This document shows positions 27,601-39,600 of a stretch of DNA of 64,000 nt, piece after piece. The position numbers were made by a program, and so were the translations under genes. Below the pieces are notes generated by a model that was given only the letters and a program-made list of their open reading frames with translations, did no database searches and was not told where the DNA came from. The stretch comes from Azolla caroliniana. Taxonomy: Eukaryota > Plantae > Polypodiophyta. The first letter of the stretch is position 1, and every line of letters starts with the position of its first letter. The DNA lies in the NCBI GenBank assembly GCA_043228905.1, contig JBHGNT010000005.1:3100001-3164000 (forward strand), read 5' to 3'.

Positions 27601-30600
27601 ATTGTAACATGGCTCAGATTTATTATCAGTCTCAAATAACTTTAATCAGATGCTTTTTGTTAAATGCATGAAGGTACTGTTGATACATCGATGTGTGAAT
27701 GTTACAAGGATAAGTACATAGGTGAAGCACGAATCGGAGTGTGGAACTATATACATATAATGATCAATGATACATTAGGCTATGGAATCCCTGGACAGGC
27801 GTATCTTTTGGATCTAGTTGTTAGTTCAACTACAGGAAACTACAGTGAAACAGATATTATAGATACTGGAATGGGAAGTTATCTGGCAGCCTACAAACCT
27901 TATGCAAGAGAAGTGTACAGTATAAGACTTAAATATAAAACAGATTTTATAGCAGATTGCTCCATGACTGACAGTGCCTTGTCAGGTGAGGGTTTTAAAC
28001 TGTGTTGTTTTATTTACTCGAATGATATTATGCACTATTTTTAATTAGCTCTTTGTTAAACATATACTTGAGAAATATAGATATTTTAAAGATTTCTGGA
28101 GCCACTCTACACTCTATAACCTAGTATGCTGGATTGGATTGTAGTGGACCACCCACTGGCAAATCAGGATAACTCAAGCATAATTCAAGGAGAGATTGCA
28201 ATTATAGATGTATTGTCAAATGACATAAGTGGAGTTGGCACACTTTTGCTTTACAAAGTCTCTCAGGTATGTGCTCCGCAAAAGGTTCAATTTTATGCAT
28301 GTCATTAACCTGTCTATCAGTTATTAAATGTGTCGGATGTAATTAATTAACGCATAAGTGATTGTGAAAACAAACACATTTCTTAGGCATTCAAGATTCA
28401 GTCTGATTTGATTTTACCCCATTTCTTTTCCATGCTCTTCTCATGTAATTGAATTTGGTGTGATTTTTGGTGTTTTTGTTCCTTTTGGTTTCCTATCCCT
28501 ACATGTGTAGTTGTTTTTCAGTACGTACCAAAATTCAACTAGAGTCATGGACGTGCGTGTAGTTTAGTGAGCCTGGATCATGGATATATAGTCCATCCTT
28601 TTTGTACACGTTGTATCTTTATAACATTTTGTTATCAACTAAAATCATTACTAAGGACTAGATTGAAACTTGAGGTACTCCTCTCATTGTTCTATTTCTC
28701 CCTACGACCTGGGGTTTGCATTTTTGCTACCTACATTCCTTTCCTTTGTTCTCAAGCTACCCACAATGAGCCAGATAGATTCATGGACGTGCATGTAGTT
28801 TAATGAGCCTGGATCTTGGATATATAGTCCATCCTTTTTGTACACGTTGTATCTTTATAACATTTTGTTATCAACTAAAATCATTAGTGAGAACTAGATT
28901 GAAACTTGAGGTACTCCTCTCATTGTTCTATTTCTCCCTACGACCTTGGGTTTACATTTTTGCTACCTACATTCCTTTCCTTTGTTCTCAAGCTACCCAC
29001 AATGAGCGAGATTTTTAATGTTTCCTGAAATAATCATGGGAAAATAGGTTAGATGTGTCTCTATTTCATGGAATAGATATAATGTGTCAATTGGACTTTT
29101 GTTTTCACAAACGGATGTAAAATTACCACCTTTTAAAATTTCATAATTACAAATATCAAGGTCTTTTTCTGTTATAGGAAGCAAAGCATGGAAGATGCCT
29201 GATTTATCAACAAATGATATTATATGTCTCACTTCCAGAGTATGTTGGGGATGATGTGTGTATATACACAATACAAAATAGTCAAAATCTGTATGACAAT
29301 GGAGAAGTTTATGTAACCATTAGTCCTCGATTGCCAAAGATAGATATGGTATCTGGTGTAGTGACAGGACTTGAAGACTATCCGATAAATTTTGACCGGT
29401 AAGCATCAAGTGTTTCGGCATTTTCTATCAATTATGAAAACTTGAGATTGGTTTTATAAAACAGCGCAGTTAACTCACCGAGGATACATTTATACAGTGA
29501 GATTTATCCAAGATGTACCTTTCTCAATCTTCAAGACCAATAAAGAAGGGAGAGATATTTTAACATTTTTTAGGAGGTCAAAATGGCCAATAAAGAAGCA
29601 AAACAATTGATTATATCTTGAGAGTTTGTCGTATGTTTGACATCAACAACACATCAAAATAAATATAAAAAGAATAGTAAAACTGCCTAACGTACCAGAT
29701 ATTATCATTATCTATTGTTAACATTCTACGCTTGATATTAAAATATATCTAACATTGGTCAATCCAAGATGGAGAGGTACTGAAAGTGAGTGGAATACTT
29801 TCAATGTCAGGTGATATGACCTTGTTTGTCTACTACAGACTTGACGAGTTCTTTGCCTACATGCACAACCAAATTCTATTCCCTAACCTATTTAAATCTT
29901 TTTCAATGTTGTGGTTGAGATCCTAATTGGGTTGCCCGTAATTTCTTATAGCATGAGACAGAGGTGATGGTGCTAAAGAAAGTTTTGATAGTTCTCTGTC
30001 AATGAGGTTGTGCAGTTGTATTGTTGTCCTTCAACAACTTCACATATGTCTCTCGATATCTAGCAAGAACAATTACAAGCATCAATGATCATTATATGCC
30101 ATTACCTTCTGGAGTGTACCAAAGCCTTGTCCAAAGAGGCAATAGTATCTCCCTCTTATTTTGTAAAAAACAGTTGGATGGAAAATCTGGTCATATTTTT
30201 GCTGTGATTCCACATCCTGATGGTACAATTGGAAATCTTATTCTTCCAAAGCTTTCCCTGCATATCTGCCTCTGTCAATCTCCAACCCTTGTGAAGAGAT
30301 CCTGAGCTGCCTTATAATACTATGGAGCACATGAAGACATGTGTATCCATATAACACGGCCTGATTATCAATCCATTATGCAACAAGTGTAAAGAAAGAA
30401 GAAAGAAAGAAAGATATATTAACGTCTTTTAAGAGGCCAAAATGGCCAATAAGACCAAACAAGAGATTACATCTTAAGTGTTGTCTGGTGTTTGAGAACA
30501 ACAAATCAAAAAAATAAGAGGGGTCATTATAGTGGGCCATCATCCTACAAAGAGGTTTATGGGGCTGATTCACGGTGTTTTATTGTTCAACATAATAATA

Positions 30601-33600
30601 TCATATCCTTTTGGATCACTCTCTTCTATTTAATTTTGGTTATGTCCAACTGAGAACAATCCTAGGTATATTGGAATGGGGATAGTGCATTTATATTTGT
30701 GTCCTTTCATTTGAACCATTCTTTCATTTCAGCATACAAAGAATCAGTATTTCCTTGTTCTGACTGCTGTTTTGATGACGTAAGTTCCAAACTTTGCTTT
30801 GGGAGCGTTGAGATCCTAATTGGGTTGCCCGTAATTTCTTATAGCATGAGACAGAGGTGATGGTGCTAAAGAAAGTTTTGATAGTTCTCTGTCAATGAGG
30901 TTGTGCAGTTGTATTGTTGTCCTTCAACAACTTCACATATGTCTCTCGATATCTAGCAAGAACAATTACAAGCATCAATGATCATTATATGCCATTACCT
31001 TCTGGAGTGTACCAAAGCCTTGTCCAAAGAGGCAATAGTATCTCCCTCTTATTTTGTAAAAAACAGTTGGATGGAAAATCTGGTCATATTTTTGCTGTGA
31101 TTCCACATCCTGATGGTACAATTGGAAATCTTATTCTTCCAAAGCTTTCCCTGCATATCTGCCTCTGTCAATCTCCAACCCTTGTGAAGAGATCCTGAGC
31201 TGCCTTATAATACTATGGAGCACATGAAGACATGTGTATCCATATAACACGGCCTGATTATCAATCCATTATGCAACAAGTGTAAAGAAAGAAGAAAGAA
31301 AGAAAGATATATTAACGTCTTTTAAGAGGCCAAAATGGCCAATAAGACCAAACAAGAGATTACATCTTAAGTGTTGTCTGGTGTTTGAGAACAACAAATC
31401 AAAAAAATAAGAGGGGTCATTATAGTGGGCCATCATCCTACAAAGAGGTTTATGGGGCTGATTCACGGTGTTTTATTGTTCAACATAATAATATCATATC
31501 CTTTTGGATCACTCTCTTCTATTTAATTTTGGTTATGTCCAACTGAGAACAATCCTAGGTATATTGGAATGGGGATAGTGCATTTATATTTGTGTCCTTT
31601 CATTTGAACCATTCTTTCATTTCAGCATACAAAGAATCAGTATTTCCTTGTTCTGACTGCTGTTTTGATGACGTAAGTTCCAAACTTTGCTTTGGGAGCG
31701 TTGAGATCCTAATTGGGTTGCCCGTAATTTCTTATAGCATGAGACAGAGGTGATGGTGCTAAAGAAAGTTTTGATAGTTCTCTGTCAATGAGGTTGTGCA
31801 GTTGTATTGTTGTCCTTCAACAACTTCACATATGTCTCTCGATATCTAGCAAGAACAATTACAAGCATCAATGATCATTATATGCCATTACCTTCTGGAG
31901 TGTACCAAAGCCTTGTCCAAAGAGGCAATAGTATCTCCCTCTTATTTTGTAAAAAACAGTTGGATGGAAAATCTGGTCATATTTTTGCTGTGATTCCACA
32001 TCCTGATGGTACAATTGGAAATCTTATTCTTCCAAAGCTTTCCCTGCATATCTGCCTCTGTCAATCTCCAACCCTTGTGAAGAGATCCTGAGCTGCCTTA
32101 TAATACTATGGAGCACATGAAGACATGTGTATCCATATAACACGGCCTGATTATCAATCCATTATGCAACAAGTGTAAAGAAAGAAGAAAGAAAGAAAGA
32201 TATATTAACGTCTTTTAAGAGGCCAAAATGGCCAATAAGACCAAACAAGAGATTACATCTTAAGTGTTGTCTGGTGTTTGAGAACAACAAATCAAAAAAA
32301 TAAGAGGGGTCATTATAGTGGGCCATCATCCTACAAAGAGGTTTATGGGGCTGATTCACGGTGTTTTATTGTTCAACATAATAATATCATATCCTTTTGG
32401 ATCACTCTCTTCTATTTAATTTTGGTTATGTCCAACTGAGAACAATCCTAGGTATATTGGAATGGGGATAGTGCATTTATATTTGTGTCCTTTCATTTGA
32501 ACCATTCTTTCATTTCAGCATACAAAGAATCAGTATTTCCTTGTTCTGACTGCTGTTTTGATGACGTAAGTTCCAAACTTTGCTTTGGGAGCGTTGAGAT
32601 CCTAATTGGGTTGCCCGTAATTTCTTATAGCATGAGACAGAGGTGATGGTGCTAAAGAAAGTTTTGATAGTTCTCTGTCAATGAGGTTGTGCAGTTGTAT
32701 TGTTGTCCTTCAACAACTTCACATATGTCTCTCGATATCTAGCAAGAACAATTACAAGCATCAATGATCATTATATGCCATTACCTTCTGGAGTGTACCA
32801 AAGCCTTGTCCAAAGAGGCAATAGTATCTCCCTCTTATTTTGTAAAAAACAGTTGGATGGAAAATCTGGTCATATTTTTGCTGTGATTCCACATCCTGAT
32901 GGTACAATTGGAAATCTTATTCTTCCAAAGCTTTCCCTGCATATCTGCCTCTGTCAATCTCCAACCCTTGTGAAGAGATCCTGAGCTGCCTTATAATACT
33001 ATGGAGCACATGAAGACATGTGTATCCATATAACACGGCCTGATTATCAATCCATTATGCAACAAGTGTAAAGAAAGAAGAAAGAAAGAAAGATATATTA
33101 ACGTCTTTTAAGAGGCCAAAATGGCCAATAAGACCAAACAAGAGATTACATCTTAAGTGTTGTCTGGTGTTTGAGAACAACAAATCAAAAAAATAAGAGG
33201 GGTCATTATAGTGGGCCATCATCCTACAAAGAGGTTTATGGGGCTGATTCACGGTGTTTTATTGTTCAACATAATAATATCATATCCTTTTGGATCACTC
33301 TCTTCTATTTAATTTTGGTTATGTCCAACTGAGAACAATCCTAGGTATATTGGAATGGGGATAGTGCATTTATATTTGTGTCCTTTCATTTGAACCATTC
33401 TTTCATTTCAGCATACAAAGAATCAGTATTTCCTTGTTCTGACTGCTGTTTTGATGACGTAAGTTCCAAACTTTGCTTTGGGAGCGTTGAGATCCTAATT
33501 GGGTTGCCCGTAATTTCTTATAGCATGAGACAGAGGTGATGGTGCTAAAGAAAGTTTTGATAGTTCTCTGTCAATGAGGTTGTGCAGTTGTATTGTTGTC

Positions 33601-36600
33601 CTTCAACAACTTCACATATGTCTCTCGATATCTAGCAAGAACAATTACAAGCATCAATGATCATTATATGCCATTACCTTCTGGAGTGTACCAAAGCCTT
33701 GTCCAAAGAGGCAATAGTATCTCCCTCTTATTTTGTAAAAAACAGTTGGATGGAAAATCTGGTCATATTTTTGCTGTGATTCCACATCCTGATGGTACAA
33801 TTGGAAATCTTATTCTTCCAAAGCTTTCCCTGCATATCTGCCTCTGTCAATCTCCAACCCTTGTGAAGAGATCCTGAGCTGCCTTATAATACTATGGAGC
33901 ACATGAAGACATGTGTATCCATATAACACGGCCTGATTATCAATCCATTATGCAACAAGTGTAAAGAAAGAAGAAAGAAAGAAAGATATATTAACGTCTT
34001 TTAAGAGGCCAAAATGGCCAATAAGACCAAACAAGAGATTACATCTTAAGTGTTGTCTGGTGTTTGAGAACAACAAATCAAAAAAATAAGAGGGGTCATT
34101 ATAGTGGGCCATCATCCTACAAAGAGGTTTATGGGGCTGATTCACGGTGTTTTATTGTTCAACATAATAATATCATATCCTTTTGGATCACTCTCTTCTA
34201 TTTAATTTTGGTTATGTCCAACTGAGAACAATCCTAGGTATATTGGAATGGGGATAGTGCATTTATATTTGTGTCCTTTCATTTGAACCATTCTTTCATT
34301 TCAGCATACAAAGAATCAGTATTTCCTTGTTCTGACTGCTGTTTTGATGACGTAAGTTCCAAACTTTGCTTTGGGAGCGTTGAGATCCTAATTGGGTTGC
34401 CCGTAATTTCTTATAGCATGAGACAGAGGTGATGGTGCTAAAGAAAGTTTTGATAGTTCTCTGTCAATGAGGTTGTGCAGTTGTATTGTTGTCCTTCAAC
34501 AACTTCACATATGTCTCTCGATATCTAGCAAGAACAATTACAAGCATCAATGATCATTATATGCCATTACCTTCTGGAGTGTACCAAAGCCTTGTCCAAA
34601 GAGGCAATAGTATCTCCCTCTTATTTTGTAAAAAACAGTTGGATGGAAAATCTGGTCATATTTTTGCTGTGATTCCACATCCTGATGGTACAATTGGAAA
34701 TCTTATTCTTCCAAAGCTTTCCCTGCATATCTGCCTCTGTCAATCTCCAACCCTTGTGAAGAGATCCTGAGCTGCCTTATAATACTATGGAGCACATGAA
34801 GACATGTGTATCCATATAACACGGCCTGATTATCAATCCATTATGCAACAAGTGTAAAGAAAGAAGAAAGAAAGAAAGATATATTAACGTCTTTTAAGAG
34901 GCCAAAATGGCCAATAAGACCAAACAAGAGATTACATCTTAAGTGTTGTCTGGTGTTTGAGAACAACAAATCAAAAAAATAAGAGGGGTCATTATAGTGG
35001 GCCATCATCCTACAAAGAGGTTTATGGGGCTGATTCACGGTGTTTTATTGTTCAACATAATAATATCATATCCTTTTGGATCACTCTCTTCTATTTAATT
35101 TTGGTTATGTCCAACTGAGAACAATCCTAGGTATATTGGAATGGGGATAGTGCATTTATATTTGTGTCCTTTCATTTGAACCATTCTTTCATTTCAGCAT
35201 ACAAAGAATCAGTATTTCCTTGTTCTGACTGCTGTTTTGATGACGTAAGTTCCAAACTTTGCTTTGGGAGCGTTGAGATCCTAATTGGGTTGCCCGTAAT
35301 TTCTTATAGCATGAGACAGAGGTGATGGTGCTAAAGAAAGTTTTGATAGTTCTCTGTCAATGAGGTTGTGCAGTTGTATTGTTGTCCTTCAACAACTTCA
35401 CATATGTCTCTCGATATCTAGCAAGAACAATTACAAGCATCAATGATCATTATATGCCATTACCTTCTGGAGTGTACCAAAGCCTTGTCCAAAGAGGCAA
35501 TAGTATCTCCCTCTTATTTTGTAAAAAACAGTTGGATGGAAAATCTGGTCATATTTTTGCTGTGATTCCACATCCTGATGGTACAATTGGAAATCTTATT
35601 CTTCCAAAGCTTTCCCTGCATATCTGCCTCTGTCAATCTCCAACCCTTGTGAAGAGATCCTGAGCTGCCTTATAATACTATGGAGCACATGAAGACATGT
35701 GTATCCATATAACACGGCCTGATTATCAATCCATTATGCAACAAGTGTAAAGAAAGAAGAAAGAAAGAAAGATATATTAACGTCTTTTAAGAGGCCAAAA
35801 TGGCCAATAAGACCAAACAAGAGATTACATCTTAAGTGTTGTCTGGTGTTTGAGAACAACAAATCAAAAAAATAAGAGGGGTCATTATAGTGGGCCATCA
35901 TCCTACAAAGAGGTTTATGGGGCTGATTCACGGTGTTTTATTGTTCAACATAATAATATCATATCCTTTTGGATCACTCTCTTCTATTTAATTTTGGTTA
36001 TGTCCAACTGAGAACAATCCTAGGTATATTGGAATGGGGATAGTGCATTTATATTTGTGTCCTTTCATTTGAACCATTCTTTCATTTCAGCATACAAAGA
36101 ATCAGTATTTCCTTGTTCTGACTGCTGTTTTGATGACGTAAGTTCCAAACTTTGCTTTGGGAGCGTTGAGATCCTAATTGGGTTGCCCGTAATTTCTTAT
36201 AGCATGAGACAGAGGTGATGGTGCTAAAGAAAGTTTTGATAGTTCTCTGTCAATGAGGTTGTGCAGTTGTATTGTTGTCCTTCAACAACTTCACATATGT
36301 CTCTCGATATCTAGCAAGAACAATTACAAGCATCAATGATCATTATATGCCATTACCTTCTGGAGTGTACCAAAGCCTTGTCCAAAGAGGCAATAGTATC
36401 TCCCTCTTATTTTGTAAAAAACAGTTGGATGGAAAATCTGGTCATATTTTTGCTGTGATTCCACATCCTGATGGTACAATTGGAAATCTTATTCTTCCAA
36501 AGCTTTCCCTGCATATCTGCCTCTGTCAATCTCCAACCCTTGTGAAGAGATCCTGAGCTGCCTTATAATACTATGGAGCACATGAAGACATGTGTATCCA

Positions 36601-39600
36601 TATAACACGGCCTGATTATCAATCCATTATGCAACAAGTGTAAAGAAAGAAGAAAGAAAGAAAGATATATTAACGTCTTTTAAGAGGCCAAAATGGCCAA
36701 TAAGACCAAACAAGAGATTACATCTTAAGTGTTGTCTGGTGTTTGAGAACAACAAATCAAAAAAATAAGAGGGGTCATTATAGTGGGCCATCATCCTACA
36801 AAGAGGTTTATGGGGCTGATTCACGGTGTTTTATTGTTCAACATAATAATATCATATCCTTTTGGATCACTCTCTTCTATTTAATTTTGGTTATGTCCAA
36901 CTGAGAACAATCCTAGGTATATTGGAATGGGGATAGTGCATTTATATTTGTGTCCTTTCATTTGAACCATTCTTTCATTTCAGCATACAAAGAATCAGTA
37001 TTTCCTTGTTCTGACTGCTGTTTTGATGACGTAAGTTCCAAACTTTGCTTTGGGAGCGTTGAGATCCTAATTGGGTTGCCCGTAATTTCTTATAGCATGA
37101 GACAGAGGTGATGGTGCTAAAGAAAGTTTTGATAGTTCTCTGTCAATGAGGTTGTGCAGTTGTATTGTTGTCCTTCAACAACTTCACATATGTCTCTCGA
37201 TATCTAGCAAGAACAATTACAAGCATCAATGATCATTATATGCCATTACCTTCTGGAGTGTACCAAAGCCTTGTCCAAAGAGGCAATAGTATCTCCCTCT
37301 TATTTTGTAAAAAACAGTTGGATGGAAAATCTGGTCATATTTTTGCTGTGATTCCACATCCTGATGGTACAATTGGAAATCTTATTCTTCCAAAGCTTTC
37401 CCTGCATATCTGCCTCTGTCAATCTCCAACCCTTGTGAAGAGATCCTGAGCTGCCTTATAATACTATGGAGCACATGAAGACATGTGTATCCATATAACA
37501 CGGCCTGATTATCAATCCATTATGCAACAAGTGTAAAGAAAGAAGAAAGAAAGAAAGATATATTAACGTCTTTTAAGAGGCCAAAATGGCCAATAAGACC
37601 AAACAAGAGATTACATCTTAAGTGTTGTCTGGTGTTTGAGAACAACAAATCAAAAAAATAAGAGGGGTCATTATAGTGGGCCATCATCCTACAAAGAGGT
37701 TTATGGGGCTGATTCACGGTGTTTTATTGTTCAACATAATAATATCATATCCTTTTGGATCACTCTCTTCTATTTAATTTTGGTTATGTCCAACTGAGAA
37801 CAATCCTAGGTATATTGGAATGGGGATAGTGCATTTATATTTGTGTCCTTTCATTTGAACCATTCTTTCATTTCAGCATACAAAGAATCAGTATTTCCTT
37901 GTTCTGACTGCTGTTTTGATGACGTAAGTTCCAAACTTTGCTTTGGGAGCTCCCAAATCCATTGCATACAACTCACTGTTCATAAGAATGACTCATTGCT
38001 ATTTGGGCTGCAACCATCTCAGCTTGGATGACCTCATGGGACACTAATGCGTTGGTCCTTATCATGGAAGCAATCATCAAGATAAAAGGTTTGGTCCTCA
38101 AGTGCCACTTTGTAGAGAAGATTGGTGCAACAAGTATATCAAACAACCACAATTTTGTTCATTGTTCATGGTTTTTGCTACTATATATGTGCACACTGTC
38201 TTTCAAGGGCAGCAAAGGCTGCATATCCTAAGGAAAGTCAAACATAAGCAGTGTCCCATAGGGAGAACCAAGGTCCTATGAATGTTACTTTTAGGTATGT
38301 ATAGGAATTGTGTATACGTAAATGTTGCTTTGCTCTAAAATAGAATTCAACATTTTAAGATGTAATCTCTAGTGTGATCCCATAAGCCATTTTGGCCTCA
38401 TAAAATACATTAATTCATCTCTCCTTCTATCTTCTTTCTGCCAATAACAGTTCTAGTTCTTTTCTTGTTAGCCATGCTTGAGTGGTGTTAAACACTGACC
38501 CTTCTGTTTTATCAAGGCTTACAAAGAAGTCTTTCTTTTTTCCAAAATAACTTTAGATATATTTATAGTTGCTTCGGAGAGTCTGAAATCAACTCACTAT
38601 CATGATTTGTAATATTTGTATGGTTGACCCCTGATAGCATGCTCCTGAAACACCCAAATCTCTCTTCACAATTAGATACCGCATCTATATATCGACCAGA
38701 TTACCTCTTCTTTTCAAGGAGTTCATTACTATCTCCTTAAGACACGTTAGTGGTTCAAGGACTTGTGATGTATAGGGTAATAATCTATATAGTTTCTAGT
38801 TTGAGTGGTTTGAAGAAATTCTCAACCCCCAATTATTAAGTAACATCTGAATCTTAATGAACTACAATATTATATAGCTAACTGTTGGATCTTGTATCAA
38901 TTTGGAATCATGTCTTGGAGATGAAAGTCAGCTTAGGAGAGAGATTGTGGATAGAAATGTGAGTTTCCTATACATAGAAGGAGAAAAGATACATAAAGAG
39001 AAATCATGTTTGACAGAATTAGAAGCTAGAATGAGCTAGTTGGGTTGTATATAACACTATTTTAACTCAGTACACATGCAGGATATGCATATCTACTTAC
39101 TATGACCATCTATTGGTACATGATGACACCTTTTGTGGGGTTCACGTTTATTCCTTTTGCCAAGTCTCTTTAATTTTAATCAATGTTGATTTTTCAATAA
39201 AATAATTAGGTGTCTATAAAATTATTTTGTTCATGTAGGATTGGAAGTAGTATGGTTATATCATATTGGAATCAATTATCCATATTAACGGTGAATGTGC
39301 ATGTCGACTATGGAACACTCTATATGGGAGCACACGACTCCAAAGTATGGATGCCAGTTTTGGAGGCAAGGAATACAACAGATAATATCACTTTCATAGG
39401 CTCTCTAAATGTGGTGAATGAAGCTTTGAGAATGCTCCTTTATATCGGGTATGCAATTTTCAATTTCTTTTAGATCTAAGAATACTATGTTCCCAAAAAA
39501 ATGTACTTTCAAAAAAATCATAAACATCTTATTTGTGATACAACCTAAGTTTTAAGACTAACCAAATTCAAAACAAAGTGGAAATTAATAAATTTATCTA

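Larger units (their letters stand above)
2271..27985 (+). other. Array of 17 symmetric phase-1 exons, each encoding one filamin/Ig-like repeat (104-137 codons)
   Basis: Every exon length is a multiple of 3 and every exon ends in G|GT. Many end with GSPF-x-(F/Y)-x-(V/I)-x-(P/A/S)G. Exon 2271-2600 is the most divergent, is Cys-rich, and has an alternative in-frame acceptor at 2346. Confidence 0.85.
29545..38200 (-). mobile_element. Old RTE-X-like LINE copy that hosts the 893-bp array
   Basis: A decayed family 3' end lies at 29545-29660. A zinc-finger/C-terminal region lies inside each unit, homologous to 14640-15000. A post-RT remnant WLFDILVAPIF (cf. LFNTLVTPVFLY at ~22830) lies at ~38110-38150. 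Confidence 0.65.

Noticed and set aside
2258-28044. Many separate ~110-150 aa ORFs as independent small genes
   Set aside because: Each is bounded by AG/GT in a consistent phase and lacks its own signal peptide; they are exons of one gene.
30021-37717. Nine repeated 94-aa (+) and 65-aa (-) ORFs as a tandem small-gene cluster
   Set aside because: They are chance frames in LINE-derived DNA. The 94-aa ORF is antisense to the LINE zinc-finger region and starts at TTG; the 65-aa ORF runs through the non-coding 3' tail.
29914-37950. CRISPR-like array
   Set aside because: The units are 893 bp and identical with no unique spacers, the context is a eukaryotic intron, and there are no cas genes.
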